The translations under genes were made by a program, and so were the position numbers. Positions 1 through 14,375 of a DNA stretch of 64,000 nucleotides are shown here, in pieces. Origin of the DNA: the human T2T-CHM13v2.0 reference genome, Homo sapiens. Below the pieces are notes generated by a model. It was given only the letters and a program-made list of their open reading frames with translations. It was not told where the DNA came from and searched no databases. Each line of letters starts with the position of its first letter. Position 1 is the first letter of the stretch. Location: NCBI RefSeq assembly GCF_009914755.1, contig NC_060932.1; one strand, given 5' to 3'.

Positions 1-463
1 TTGAAGTATCTAATAGCCATTATTGAGTTGTTTGTTATGATGCCCTGTAGAATGTTTCCTGCCCCAAAACTTCAGTCAAATATGCTGGAAGGAAGGGACC
101 ATGTAAATTCTGCAGGACCAAAAAGGGACACTATTTGAATTAGGTGAGAGAGAAAATAAATCAGAGAAAATGGGACAAAAGTGATTAGAAGTGTAATTCC
201 TGAAAATGAATTCCAAGATCTCCCTCTGAAGATCTTGGAAAGAGCTGGAAGAAGGTTATGATGGAGATTACTTTGAGTTTCCTTCTTTATGGGATATCAA
301 GTCTTGAGGTGAAGTTGTTTGAAGAAATAAAGGACAGGGTGACATCAGTAACCTGTTATACTGAGGACACTCAGGCACCAGATATCTGGATCCACTAGGA
401 AAGTCACATCAAAAATGAGCATTTGTTTTACCATAAAAAAGAAAATAACAATGGTGTCTGTTT

Positions 464-948
464 CATGCACACAGATGTTCACTGCAGCACTATTCACAAT
501 AGCAATGACATAGAATCAACCTAAGTGTTCTAAATGACAGACTAGATAAAGAAAATGAGGTACATATACACCTTGGAATACTATGCAGCCACAAAAAATA
601 GTGAGATCGTGTCTTTTGAGGGAATATGTATGGAATTGGAGGCTATTATCCTTAGCAAACTAATCCAGGAACAGAAAACCAAATACTGCATAGTCTCACT
701 TATAGTAGGAGCTAAATAATGAGAACTCATGAACACAAGGATAAAAAAAACAGACATTGGGGTCTACTTGAGGATGGAGGGTGGGAGCAGGGAAAGGAGC
801 AGAAAAGATAACTGCTGGGTGCTGGGCTTAGTATCTTAGTGATGAAATAATATGTACAACAAACCCCTCCCCATCACATTTGTTTGCCTATGCAACAAAC
901 ATTCACATGTACCCCCAAACCTAAAATAAAAGTTAAACAGAAAAAAAC
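464..948 (+). mobile_element. 5'-truncated L1 3' end (old primate L1PA13-16/L1PB type)
   Basis: L1 3'UTR text (GGAATACTATGCAGCC, CACATGTACCCCCAAACCTAAAATAAAAG) with A tail; 16-bp TSD ACAATGGTGTCTGTTT (448-463) / ACAATAGTGTCTGTTT (949-964). Confidence 0.85.
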
Positions 949-2799
949 ACAATAGTGTCTGTTTGGGATACTCCAGTTCCATTTCTCACTACTCCAGTAT
1001 GTAGGAGTTTAATCTTAGAACCCTCCCTATGTGGCAGTAAGCAAACTCTAATGTATTTCGGAGAGGATGCAACTTGACAGAAACAAGTGAATTGCACAGA
1101 GTCTCAATTGCTGTAATGAGTTCACTTTCCTCCAAGGTTACTAGAGGTTTGGACTGAGATGGCACATTCACAACCATGTGGTTAGAGAATTAGTTGTTTG
1201 TACTAAGTTTTCTAATTTCTGAGACAGTCATATGAGTGTGTTTTCCATCCCAATACAGAAGTAGTGGTTCCAGAATTTTTTTGTCTCTTTCTCTTTCTCT
1301 GATTTATAAAATAACTAGGTATTCACAGGAAGAAGTCACTCATCCTCTCATCATCTTAACGCTATTATCCTTGTTTATTTGTATCTTAGCTTTTGCATTC
1401 AATCCCATTTTACATACTTGTGACCCTGGTACGCATAATATTATATGTTATACTATTTTTCTCTTAACATTGTGTTGCAAACATTTCCTCATATTTTCAC
1501 ATTCTTCATGATTATTACTATTAAACTACATAGTATACCATAATTTGCAGGCCACATAGGACCATCAGGTTGTATCCAAGTTGTTATTATACACAATGCT
1601 ACAATAGACTCTTTTATGCCCTTACTGTTTCCTTGCTGTGATTTCCTTCGCACAAATTCATTGGAACAGACTATTTGGTTTAGTTCATTAATGCATCTTT
1701 TTCAAGTCATCTTAACTACTGTTTCTTGATGGACAAGACAGGTACTAAAATACAAACACATGAAAAAGATCTTGGGTTTGCTAGTTATATTGCTTAATGC
1801 AAATGACTGCAGTAACCTTTAAATATGATATACTCAACTCAGAGGACATAATTTCTTCCATATATTAAATACTACCTTTGCTGGAGACATCTTACTTTTC
1901 CAACCTTTGCTTTTAAGAAGTAGTCTGGAGTGGGTGACATTTATTTTTGTTGATTTGATTCGTTATGGTTATTGATGGTGACATTCCTTTAGAACTCAGA
2001 TCATCCTCAAAATCGGTGTGCATTTGCATTTACTTTTGACAAAATTATTCCTCAAGAAAGTTCTAGAAAAAAATGGCTGGTATTGGAGACAGCTGTTAAC
2101 TCTACTCTAGAAAATAGTATGTTTGGTAACTACAAAGACAACTAAAAGCTGAAGGAGTGTCATCTTTTCAGTTTTGTTGGTTGCCTGAGATAAGCTTGTT
2201 GTTAAGAAACACATCGGTTTAGATGCTAGTTATTTACCACCCTTTGATGGCTCTGACTTAGTTTGGAGAAATTAATCAGTAGAACTTGGTATTGGATGAT
2301 CATCCATGGAGACCAGAATGAGATCCCTTTGTAAAATGAAGAATGAGATAAATGAAAAGGGATCAGTTGTTTTATGTTTACTGTGTTTATAGATGTTGAC
2401 AACAAATTTATACAATTTAAACAAATTTATAATGGCTAAACAAATCTTCTGTAGTCTTTTCTCAGCAGCAGTTTCCCCAGATAGTCTCATCCTCATATCT
2501 GTTCTCAGACCTAGTGCTACTTAAATTACTAGTGATATAAATTATCCCTTTTACTCATTGTATGCTTTCTGTGTTTACAGAGTTCATATTTTACTTATTT
2601 GTACCATATGTGTGCCTTAGCACGTAGCAAACCGTAGAAAAATTTTTCGAATGTGTGAATCAGAACTTTGCCTACATCAGTAGTAGTAACTAGCACTTCA
2701 AATTTCATGGTTCACTTTATTTTTTCAAAATGAGTTTGGTAGCCATCTGGGCTACAAACTTTTATTTCTTCAAAATTAAATACATAAAGCATAACAAAA

Positions 2800-4620
2800 A
2801 CTTATGCTTCCAGTCAGTTCTTACTGGACACGAATACCTGCTGAAAACAAGTATGAACTGAAAAAATTACAAAACAATAACCTGAAATCAACAGGGAGTG
2901 CACAAAAACAGGCAGATCCTATAAAGGAGCTATAAAAACCTGGAGAAAGGGATGACATGGGGTGAGTTAGCCACTATGTATGGTTTTTAGCATGGCAGAA
3001 GAGTGAATCAGTGCCACATAGTGTAGCTAACACTTCAACAGAAAATATACAGTCTTTCTGACAATATGACACAGTTCAGGGCAACCAAACCCACTGGAAA
3101 GTGAGTAGGTAAAGGATTTCTGGAAACAAGACAGGCAGAGAGAGTGAGTCAAAAATGTTAGCTGGTGGCTGAGTATGTTTGTATGAGGCAGACTCAAAAC
3201 AACACGGATTAAAATAAAAGCACTAAACAACATTGCATTCAAGAAACAGGCTTTGTAGCTTTAGTACGACTAAGTTAATTTACGGTTCAAACGAAAACAT
3301 TAACATATTTGAAGGAATACCACAGAATTTAGAGTTCAGAACATGGCTCAACATTATTTGATATATAACTGGGAAAATGTAACATTTTCAAGAGAAAAGG
3401 CAATCAATGAAGGTAAAATCCAAGATAACTCCAATGTTAGAAATAACAATAAATGGACTTTAAGGTGGCTATTATTACTGTTCTCAGTGACATAAAGAAT
3501 AATCTGGTCAGAATAAGAAATAGAAACCATAAAAAGAAATTTAAAAATTATAGAAATAATAATTTAAAAATTTTATTGGATGGAGTTACAAAGATGAAAT
3601 AGAAAAAAATCAGTGAACTTAAAGATAGGTCTGCAGACATCCAAACTTAAGTAAAGTAGGAAAAAAGATTTTTTAATTAATGAAAGAACAGATTCTTAGG
3701 GACTTGTGGGACATACCACATGGTCTAACATACGTAATTGGAGTCAAGGTGAAGAACGGGACAGAAATTTTATTTTTATAATGGCTAAAACTTCCTCAAT
3801 ATCATGAAAGAATTAAATGTATCAATTAATGAAGTTCAGTAAACTCAAATAGGATAAATACAAATAAAAAATACAGGGATATTATAACTGAATTGCTGAC
3901 CAAAGAGAAAAGATATTTCTAGAATATCTAGAAAGCAGTCAGAGAAAACGAACATGTTGCATATAGAGGGCCAACAATTTATAATGACAGCTGGCTTCTC
4001 CTCAGAAACTATGGAAATTAAAAGACAGTGAAATATGTCTTTATAAAGCACTGAAAGCAAAAACAAAAAAACTGTCAATGTAGAATTCTACATCCAGTAA
4101 ATGTGTCCTCCAAAAAAACTTATTTGAAGACATTTTTAGATAAAAACTGAGAAATTTTTGTCAGTCAAAAATTTTTGTCACAGATATAAGGAAGGTATTT
4201 CACACTAAAGAAAATGATACTAGGAGGGAATTTAGATCTTCAGAAACAAGTGAAAAGTAGCAGATATTCTAAATATCTCTGTAAATATAAAATAACATTT
4301 TATCTATTATTAAAAGGGGTATGATTGTTTACATCAAAATTTTAACATTTTCTTGTGGGTTTATAATACATAGAGACCTTACAAAGATATGACAATTCTG
4401 ATAGAGAAAGAAATGGATCAATATGGTTGCACATTTTCTATATTTTATGTGACTTAAAACAGTATTAATTCTAAATGTATTATGATACATTTAGAATAAT
4501 ACATTAATGTATTAATGTATTAATGTATTAATCTTAATACATTAATGTATTAAGATAGTATTTTGTAAATTTTAGACCAATCACTAACAAATTTATACAG
4601 AGAGGTGTGAAAAGAACTTC
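2800..4620 (+). mobile_element. Ancient L1M 5' region and ORF1 remnant
   Basis: ORF1-like text (ACAGCTGGCTTCTCCTCAGAAACTATGG, AGAATTCTACATCCAG) and A-rich sense strand; boundaries approximate. Confidence 0.7.
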
Positions 4621-5112
4621 AGCAGGTAATATACTAAAGAGAAACCATTAGAAGGCAAGATCCATTAGAGAAGGGATTTTTTTTTATTTGCTTTATTCCT
4701 ACAATAGTGCCTGGTATAAAGCTGATGCTCAAAAATCTATTTTTACATAAATGAATGAATGAATGTATTATGCCTCTGAAAATGCTACTTTTTACAACTT
4801 TATTGAGGCATAATTGACAAAATTAAAATTATATACATATGTATTTTGAAGATGTGCAACTTAATTTTTTCGATATACATATCCATTATGACATAATCAT
4901 CACAATCAAGCTGGCTAACATATCCAACACATCACATAGTTACCATTTTCTTTAGTTTTCTTTTGAAAATGCTATTAATGTACCCTTAAGTTAGGTTCTT
5001 TTTTCTTCTTTATCTCTTTTACAGGAGATAAAGGCTTGGAGGAAATACAACATAATACTATTGGTTATTTCTGGAGTGTGGCGGGGTGATAAGAATATGG
5101 GTGATAAGAGTC

Positions 5113-5360
5113 GATATAGTACAGTAGTCAGAAGTACATACCTGAAATCAGACTGCTTGTGCTAGATTCTTGTCACTACCACATACTAGCTGTGTATCTT
5201 GAGGCATGTTTGTTGTTCTCTCTGAACATCCATTTTTCTATGTATAAAATGAGAACAAAAGCACCTAAATCAAAAAGTTGTCAGCAGGATTTAATTAAAA
5301 GATACCAATAAAGTGCTTGATATAGTTCCTGGCACATAGTAAGTACTCAGTAAATACTAA
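5113..5360 (+). mobile_element. MIR SINE, near full length
   Basis: MIR core (ACTAGCTGTGTATCTTG...TATAAAATGAG) and 3' end CCTGGCACATAGTAAGTACTCAGTAAAT. Confidence 0.8.
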
Positions 5361-5464
5361 GTTTTCCCCCAGGTTCTAAGTTTTCTGTAATGCATCATTT
5401 TACTTTTACCATTAAAAAATGTTATTATTGTTAAGCTGCTCTATTTCTGAAAAACCCTCTTACG

Positions 5465-7790
5465 ATCATACACATAGAAAATATAAAAGAATTGACAAAA
5501 TAACTCCTGGAACCAATAAGCAATTATAGCAAAGTTGTAGCATACAAGGTTAATATACAAAGGTCCAGTGGCTTTCCTATATATCAGTAATGAACAAGAG
5601 ACATTTGAAATTAAAAACATATTGCTGTTTACATTAGCATCAAAATAAATGAAATATTTAGCTATAAATCTATCAAAATATGTATAAGGTCTATATGAAG
5701 AGCAAAAACTCTGATGAAAGGTATCAAAGAAGAACTAAATAAATGAAGAGATAATCCATGTTCATGAAGAGGAGAACTCAATATTGTCAAGATGTCAGTG
5801 CGTCCCAGCTTGTTCTAATGCAATTCCAATCAAAATCCCAGGAAGTTATTTTGTGGATATCAACAAAGTAATTTGAAACTTCCTATGAAAAAACAAACGA
5901 CTCAGAATAGCAAACCCAATATCGAAGGGAAAGAATAGAGCAAGAGGACTGAAATCACTTGAGTTCAAGACTTACTATGAAGCCACAGTGATCAAGACAA
6001 TGTGGTATTGGCCAAAAAAAAAAAAAAAGGATCAACAGAAAGCTCATAAATAGACCCACATAAATGTAGTCAATTGATTTTTGACAAATGAGCAAGGGCA
6101 ACACAACTGAACAAAAATAGTCTCTTCAACAAATGGTACTAGAACAATTGGACCTTCGCGTGCAGAAAAATGAGTCTAGACATAGCTCTTACACCCTTTA
6201 CAAAAATTAACTCAAACTAAATTACAGACCTAAATGTAAAACACAAACCTGTAAAACTTCGAGAAGGTAACAGAAGAAATTTAGATGATCTTGGGTGTGA
6301 AGATGAATTTATATATGCAGTCAAAAGCATGAAAGAAATAACCTGGATATTATATAATTGATAAGCTAAATTTTATTAAAATTAAAAACTTCTGATCAGT
6401 GAAAGGTAATGCCAAAAGAATGAGAATGCAAGCCACAGAATGGGAGAAAATATTTGCAAAAGACACACCTGATAAAGGACTGTTATCCAAAATATACAAA
6501 GAACTCCACAATAAGAAAACAAATGCCTTGATTAAAAAAATGGGCCAAATACCTTCACAGACATTTTACAAAAGAAAATATAAGGCAGTGGGTAACCATA
6601 TGAACAGATGATCCCTAATGTATATCAGAGAAATGCAAATTAAAACAACGAGATACGGCTACATACCTATTAGATTGGTCAAAGTTCAGAACACTGACAG
6701 CACCAATGCTGGCAAGGATGTGGAGTTACAGGAACTCTCGTTTATTGCTGGTGGGAATGCAAAATGTTACAGCCACTTTAGAAGTTAAGGGGAGGGAAAG
6801 CATTAGGAGATATACCCAATGTAAATGATGAGTTAATGGGTGCAGCACACCAACATGGCACATGTATACATATGTAACAAACCTGCACGTTGTGCACATG
6901 TACCCTAGAACTTAAAGTATAATAAAAAGAAAAAAAAAAGAAGTTAGTTTGTTTCTTACAAAACAAAACATACTCTTACCCTGTGATCCAGCAAACATAA
7001 TCTTTGGTATTTACCTAAATGAGTTAAAATGTTTGTCTGCACAAAACCCTTCACACCAATTTATATGAGAGGTTTATTTAAAAATTCCTAAACTTAGAAA
7101 CAAGCAAGCTATCCTTCAATAGACTAGATAAATAAAATGTGACACATCCAAGCAATGGAATATTTTTAAGCACTTAAAAAAAGATAGATAGCTCTACCAA
7201 GCCATAAAAATACATGGAAGAACTTTAAATGTATAAGCGAACTTTAAATTCATTACTAACTGAAAGAAGCCGATCTGAAAAGGCTACATATTGTATTAGT
7301 CCAACTATATGACATTCTGGAAAAGGCCAAATTATGAAGACAGTAAAAAGATCAGTAAAAAGACTCCTCTAGGAGTTAGTGGGGAGGAGGGATAAATAGG
7401 TAGAGCACAGAAGATCTTTAGGGCATGAAACTATTCTGTACTACAGTAATACTGTATTACTGATATTACTGATACTACAATGGTGGATACATACCATTAT
7501 GTATTGTCAAAATCTATAGAAGGAACAACAGCGAGAATGAACCCTAAACTCTCAACTTTGGGTAATAATGATTTGTTAACTTAGGTTCATTGATTTTAGC
7601 AAATGTATCACTGTAGTATGTCATGTTCACAGTGGAGTAGGTCAGACGTGTGGGAACAAGGGGTACGGGGAAACTCTCTGGTTAATTATTCTTTACAAGG
7701 GATACAGGGAAACTCTTCTGCTTAATTATTCTGTAAACTTAAATCTGCTCTAAAAAATTAAGTTGTTTTTTTTTAAAAAAAAATGTGGCT
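5465..7790 (+). mobile_element. Old L1MC/MD-type element, ORF2 3' half plus 3'UTR
   Basis: Decayed ORF2 (ORF 6399-6611 [11 protein letters not shown]-like) and L1M 3'UTR (CCAACTATATGACATTCTGGAAAAGG). Confidence 0.85.
6788..6938 (+). mobile_element. Short L1PA4-like 3' end inserted in the older L1M
   Basis: GGGTGCAGCACACCAACATGGCACATG...CCCTAGAACTTAAAGTATAATA plus A tail; TSD AGAAGTTA at 6780-6787 and 6939-6946. Confidence 0.9.
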
Positions 7791-8008
7791 TGGAAAAAAT
7801 GTGGGTCTTGTTTTCTACAAAAAGATGGAATATACAAAGAATCAGGAATATTTAAGTTTGAGAAAAGGATGACAATGCATTCTGGCAGTTAAACTCTGAA
7901 TTTACGTATTCATTGATGGCTTTTAGAGGAGCAGATGTCATGGAAGGCATATCCACACCTGTCAATTACTTGCATTTACTATCCTATAGAATGTATTTGG
8001 AAAAAGGC

Positions 8009-8191
8009 AGTAGTTCTCAAAGTGTAGACCTGCACTAGCAGTGCCAGTATCACCCAGGAACTCCTTACAAATGCAAATTCTGAGGACCTGCTTCAGATTT
8101 ACTGAATGAGCAACTCTCAAGATTAGTCCCAGCTATTAGTGTTTAAAACTCTCCCAGTGACTCTAATGTTTGCAAATATTTAAGAACTACT
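8009..8191. mobile_element. MER5A hAT-Charlie MITE
   Basis: Termini CAGTAGTTCTCAAA...TTAAGAACTACTG and internal AAATGCAAATTCTGAGG. Confidence 0.8.
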
Positions 8192-8259
8192 GTCTTGAGA
8201 TATGCAGATGCTGCATTCAACTAAGTTACTATCTGAGTGCTTCACAGTGTATCCATCAT

Positions 8260-8600
8260 TCATTAAGGGTCTGTGGTTGCATGCAACAGAAACTGTTCCA
8301 GACTGACTTAAGTAAAACAAAACAAAACAAATCTACAGGAAGTTTATCTGTGAGTAATTTCCAGAATCAAATAAAGAGGGAAACAACTAGACCTCAGGAA
8401 GAGCAATCAAAGAAACAGAATTTCATAAGGGGTGTTTCAAAACTGACATTCTTTCAACTGCCTTCTGTGCAAGTGTGATTTACTGGGAGTCAGAATTCTA
8501 GAACACAGTCACCTAGTGGCAGAGAGAGGAGGCGCTGGCACTGTGACTGATAGTCCCAGAAGGCCCATATTTAGTGGCAGTTTTAGGGACATGGGCAGCA
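8260..8600 (-). mobile_element. Old MaLR LTR fragment (MLT1J/K/L-like)
   Basis: GGTTGCATGCAACAGAAAC...GACTTAAG terminus typical of old MLT1 read in reverse. Confidence 0.5.
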
Positions 8601-8633
8601 GGGCAGGCAAAACACTCCATTTCAACTTTAAGG

Positions 8634-8830
8634 AGGCAGTGTGACAGAGTAGAAGGTATGTGGAGTTTGGCATTAGAAATGTCTGGATTTCAGTCTCTCA
8701 ACTCTGCTGCTTATTACCATTGGACTTTGGAGAAATTACCTAATCAGCCTGCACATCAGTTGCAAAATTAGCTGATTTGACATGAGGATTAGAGAAAACA
8801 TAGACAAAGGAGCTGGCACATAGTAGGTAG
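8634..8830 (+). mobile_element. MIR SINE
   Basis: GAGGCAGTGTGACAGAGTAG start and CTGGCACATAGTAGG end. Confidence 0.7.
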
Positions 8831-10259
8831 TGACTTTCGTTGGGCACTATCACCAATCTTTGAATCATCAACTATTGGTTATTTCACTTCCCACAGGCTT
8901 AGGGAGGGCTCCTTGGATACCATCTAGATACTAGCTGTTACCCAATGGTACCCTAGGGGTCAGAATAGGCTAATACTCTTCCTAACATGTCTCATACTTC
9001 CAGAGATTAAATTCAGTTGTAGAAGATTTGTCTGAAGGTGGGGGAAAGTAACCTTTGAAATAAAGTCATTAAGAGCTGGCCTTTCTGCTGTATTTCAGCA
9101 AGGGGAATGAGTCACCATTTCCCTACCTACATGTATGTGTAAATACAAAGCAAGGTTAGGCAACTACCTGCTGTTGCTTTATTCTCTGTGGCCCTAACCT
9201 GCTTCCATGGCAGCAGCTTGTGAAATGGCAAAAAATGCAATGATTGCATGACCTAATTCAGGCCTGGTGCTTCAAGTGGGAAACATGTATGGGCCTCTCT
9301 GTGTCATACATACACTCAGAGCCCTAGGGCAATTGAAACAGATCCTTGTGGAAATGAATTCAGAGCCCTACACCTACTCATTACATAACTTGAGGTTAAA
9401 GAAACAAAGCCCTGTGGATGGGTGTGCCTGGGTGTGCGAGCCAGGGAGAAATACACAAGATACCTAGAGCCCTGCCCTACTCTTACTAAGCAGAAAAGGA
9501 AAGCCAGAAAGGACCTCTTTGTCATGGGTAGCTAGAATGTTCTCTGCTCCAGAGCGTCCTGTGAGAGAAGAGAAGAGAAAATTAACATCTACTGTATGTT
9601 AGAAAACAGGCTTGGTGATGTTGCTAAGGTTATCTCAAACTTTACAACAGTTGTCATTTTTTGAACTGAGCATGATGAAATAACAATCCTTAGACCATGA
9701 ATGAAGAAACTGAAGCCTAGGAAAATGAAGTCAAATTGCTAATGAGTGGTGGTGGCCAGCTTGTAACTGAGATCTGTGTGGCCACAGATCCCATTCTAGC
9801 TCAGCACCTTGCTGTCAGTGAGAGAGAGACATGGTCAGGCTTCCAGTCCTGTTTTGCTCTATCCCAGTGAGGTAGTGTGAGATGAGAGTCAGATTGCCAT
9901 CACTCTTACTCAATAGATATTCACAGCACACCAGAAATGAATTTTCTTTCCACTGCATCTTTCTGGAGTAGAAAAAGATGTGCACATTCTCATAGCCAAA
10001 AAATATAAGGGGCTATGTATTTGATACAAATAGATAAACATGGAAGCTTCTCATGCTCATCTTTATCTTTGTGCAGGATTCTCAGCAAGAAAGAAGAAAA
10101 TAGACTCAAAAGGCAGAGGACTTTGCAGGAAGTTTTTTCTTACTGTTTATTTTTCAGTCTTGACAATGACCATGAAAAGATAATTTAGCCAATGTCCTCT
10201 GAAGTCCAACATGTCAGTGTCCTATCAAGCCAGAGAATGGATGATCCACACTTTAAAAT

Positions 10260-10740
10260 AATTCCTTCCTTCCTGTATTAATGAATTCATTTATTCACTT
10301 AAACACAATAAATATTCATTGATAGATTATTACATGCCAGACATATGCTCATTGCAGACATTCCAGAGATAATGAAGAACTAGACCTTAAAAAACTCTGA
10401 GTCTAGCAGTGAAAAGAGCAAAACCTGGTCAGTGCTACAGATACATGCAGGGCACTAGAGGACCGCAGAGAGTGGCTCCTCCAGGAGTGAGATCTGACAG
10501 TTCTAAGAAGTTGTGACAGTACTAGAGTTAAAAGGCAGAGAGGGACAGCAGCGGGGGACAGAGAAATGTATGGAAGGGCAGTGTCTCAAGCAGAGGCACC
10601 CTGTGCAAAAGCAAAGAGGCAGGAGAGAGTTTTCACCTTTTAGGAAAGAGCAAGTAATCTAAAAAATTAGACTATGAAATTTGAGGAAGAGACAGGAGAT
10701 AAAGTTGGAAAAATAAACAGCTAAATCTGGAAGGAAGTTA
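10260..10740 (-). mobile_element. L2 3' fragment
   Basis: ATTCATT-type tail, ACATGCCAGACA, AGCAAAGAGGCAGGAGAG motifs. Confidence 0.65.
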
Positions 10741-11199
10741 AGGATTTTCTCAGGATCCCAAAGTTTGGTAAGTGGTAGGCATGGAATTCAACTCTTTTGG
10801 CTCACGTTATACAGATATGCCCATGATACAAAGTCAACTCTTTGAAAAATGTGATCCTTGACCTTCAAGGATGATTGAAAGCTGCTGAAAGAATAAGACC
10901 TTATTACATTTTCTCATGGTAAAGCCATATTAAATCATACCTTTTGAAGTTGATATATTCTGTGATGATTCTTCTGAGTGCTATACAATCCATATTGTTG
11001 ACCAATAGGAAGCATTGAATAATCTCTTAGTGTTTGACTAAAGTTAAATTAAGAACTTCCAAAGGCCATGACTTTCCCTTGCCCATCTACTATTTGCCTA
11101 TTCACTTGCATACATGGTTAGATGCCACATGCGCCCTACTATTTAGCTTCTCCTTCTCTCTGCTTCTCTTTTCCTACTAGTGCACTCTCTCAGAACATG

Positions 11200-11562
11200 T
11201 GCTTTTAGAGGCTCAACTCACCATGTAAGAAGCCCAGTGACTTTGAGTCCACTATATTTTGGAGATCATAGGAAAAGACAGCATAGAGAGAGAGAAAGAA
11301 GCCCAGGGAGCCTTAGCTGTTGCAACCCTCCCAGCCTTATGAGTTTTCTCAGTCCAGACGCCTGACTAAAGGGTCCCTTGAGATGACCATAGCCCCAGTC
11401 TTCATCTAACTGCAACTTCTTGAGAACCCTCAGTCAGGAAAGCCCAGCCAAGCTGCTCCCAAATTCTTGACCCTCAGAAACTGAGAAATAATAGACAATG
11501 GTTATTATTTTTAAGATACTAAACTTTAGAGTGACTTGATATGGAGAAATAAGTGATACAGA
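11200..11562 (+). mobile_element. MLT1F/G/H-type LTR, 3' part
   Basis: AGCCCAGCCAAGCTGCTCCCAAATTCTTGACCCTCAGAAACTGAGAAATAAT and TTTTAAGATACTAAACTTTAG. Confidence 0.7.
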
Positions 11563-12799
11563 CTGTGAATGGTCTTTTGAGTAGAAAAGTTATATGATAC
11601 AAAATATTGCTTCTTACAATGCCTGCTCCTCTCTATCTTTGACCTGGCTGCTTGTCCTTCTCTTTATCCATCCAAATTTGCCCATGCGTGAAGATTCCAC
11701 TCAGATCCCACCTTCCCAATGAATCTTTCTCTGATCATCCTAGTCCGCAATAATCTCTGTCTTCAACAAGGTCAAGATCAGGAGTCCACAGATCTGCCTG
11801 AAAAGCAGAATCCTTAAGGAGTTTGTTAAAGGGACGCATGCCCGGGAGCTAGCCCAGACCTACTAAATTAGAATCGAGGCGGCTGGGGACCAAGCATCTT
11901 TACTGGCCTGGTTTCAGTTGGTGGGCTGGTGTAGATCAGTTTTTGAAAACAAGTCATCTGGACCACAAATTTGAGCACAAGATTATTTATTTACTGCTTT
12001 ATAATACTTTCTCATTGCAATGAGTCTTTAAATGTTTTAAGAGTAAAACCCTTTTCTCTTTGTTCATTCACTATGTGAAGATTTATTGTGCATTTGCTAT
12101 TCACTGGGCATTATACTAGGTGCTGGCAACACAGAGATGAGTAAGCACTAGGATCTCTCACAAAGAGATCACAGGCGATTGCTGCAGGGTAAAAGACTGG
12201 GCAGTGACTCAGAAAGGCAGCTGGAGGTGGGATGAAGTAACATGCTCAGCTGGTGCTAAAGAAACCCTGAAGCTTTTATAAGAACAGTCAGCTAGGCAAA
12301 CAGGTAAAACCAGGGTGAGGAGGCTGCCTATCATTTGCTCTCCTTCCTTCTACCCATTCCTATTCATGCACAAATTCTTTCCCCACTTCAAGGCTTTCCT
12401 TGATATTCAACATAAGCCAATCTTACTTGTATAGAACCATCTTCAGGGAGGACCAAACGATGTGTTCTCTGAAATTTGTACCCTCCGAAAGATCACTTTG
12501 CCCACAGGAGAGTCGACATTCTAACAAATTATTTTAAACCACATATTAAGCACTTATTATATTACAGGTGGCTTTGCTAATTTTCCATTCTTTGCTCAGA
12601 GCAATTCTTTGAAATAAGCACTTATACTTTACCCTCTTGCCCACCCACCTTTTCCATTACGGCTATACCTGCCGCTGCATTTACCTTACTTTGGGCCTCC
12701 AAACATATACTCATCATCTATGCCTAGCCTGGACCCAGCTAACCCAGCTGTTACTACCTGAGAACATATTTTTCAATACTAGACTTAAACTCAATATAC

Positions 12800-13270
12800 T
12801 ACATTATTTTCCTATTGCTGTAAAAAAATCACAAGCTTAATGGCTTAAAAGAATACAGATTTATTATGTTGCAGTTCTGAAGGTAGGAAGTCAAAAATGG
12901 GTCTTGTAAGGCTAAAATCAAAATGGCAATAGGGCTATATTCTTTCTGGAGGCTCCAGAGAAGAATCCATACCCCTGCCTTTAGCAGCTTCTGAAAGCTA
13001 TGGGCATTCCTTGACTCATTGTCTTTTCTTCCAACATCAAAGCCAGCAGTCTATCATTATCTCTGTCTTCTGACATCTTCTTTCCCTTTTGTAAAAACTC
13101 TTCTGATTACATTGGGCCCATATGGATAATCCAGGATAATCTCTCCATCTCAAGATCCTTAATTTAATCACATCTGCAAAGTACCTTTTGCCATGAAAGT
13201 TAAAATATTGCAGGTTCTGGGGGAATTAGGATGTGGACATCACTAGAGTGCAATTATTCTGCCTATTACA
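12800..13270 (-). mobile_element. MLT1C/D MaLR LTR
   Basis: GGATAATCCAGGATAATCTCTCCATCTCAAGATCCTTAATTTAATCACATCTGCAAAG. Confidence 0.85.
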
Positions 13271-13499
13271 CTTAATGTTTCCCAAGCAGTGAGAAACACT
13301 CTTCTAAGTTCTCCTTCCTACCTTCCACTGAACACATTTCATCCAAGGATCAGAGGAAAGGAAACCAGAGTTCACACCAGAACTGCCATGTCTCCTTACC
13401 AGAGTGTATCTGAATCTAATGGCACAGAGTATTTACTCATCTACAATCCGGTATCATTAACATTATCAATGACGTTCTCCTACTAATTCTAACTGTGCC

Positions 13500-14375
13500 C
13501 CCTGTTGCAATTTTTCTCAACCACTATGTCAGTCGTTCAGATAGAATTTCTCTCCTCACAGCAATTTTGTGAGTTTGCTCTCTCGTCATCTACTCCTTTT
13601 TCTCACTGTGTCTTACGGAATTTACCTTTGTAGACCACAAGGTCCATCTATAAAATACATGCTAGCTTTGATCCCTCTCTTTGCCTACACTGACATCTAG
13701 TTGATCCTTGAAGACACCATGCCCTAAAATCCTCTAAATGCAGGATGCTGGTTGATCCTTTGCCCCCTTTTTTGATGTTCTCCATCTTAGATTCCATACT
13801 CTGCCTTTTCAACCACTGTTTGGCTTGTTCTTTTCTTTGACCTTCAATGGCATCCACCTTCTCCATGGTGGTTGGGTGAATCCCTACTGACTTTTCTGTG
13901 CCTATCCCCTATATCCTGAAAATACCAAGAATAAATGGCATAATTGAGCAATTGGGCATTATCAATTCAAGATTACCAACAATCATTGGTTCCTCAACTT
14001 TGTTCCCTGACTTAACAATATTTCTGTAGTCACCTCCTTTCCTTTCCCATTTCAATATTCTCATGCCTTTAACATACTTCAAGGCCCAGCTCACTTTCTG
14101 TCTCCTTACCAAAGCAATGCCTAAAACCACCAGCCCCATCACCATTGATTATCATAATCAGTGCCTCCCTCCTGTTAATTCTAAAAACATTTGTCTATAC
14201 TCTTGGAGCATGTAAGCATTCTCCCTTGACCAAGTTCTTATTTTCTTCCTAAGTTTGTAAGATCTTAAAACAGATGTTATTTAAAAATATATTTTACTTT
14301 CTTTATCCCTTAGACACTAGTCTTACTACACAGTAGGTCCTAAATATATATTTTCTGAATACATGCATGAATTAA
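13500..14375 (+). mobile_element. L2 fragments
   Basis: Pyrimidine-rich decayed L2 (TTCAAGGCCCAGCTC) ending ACAGTAGGTCCTAAATATA...TGAAT. Confidence 0.55.

Noticed and set aside
7656-7734. Imperfect ~39-bp tandem duplication in an L1M 3'UTR
   Set aside because: Old, diverged local slippage with nothing suggesting function
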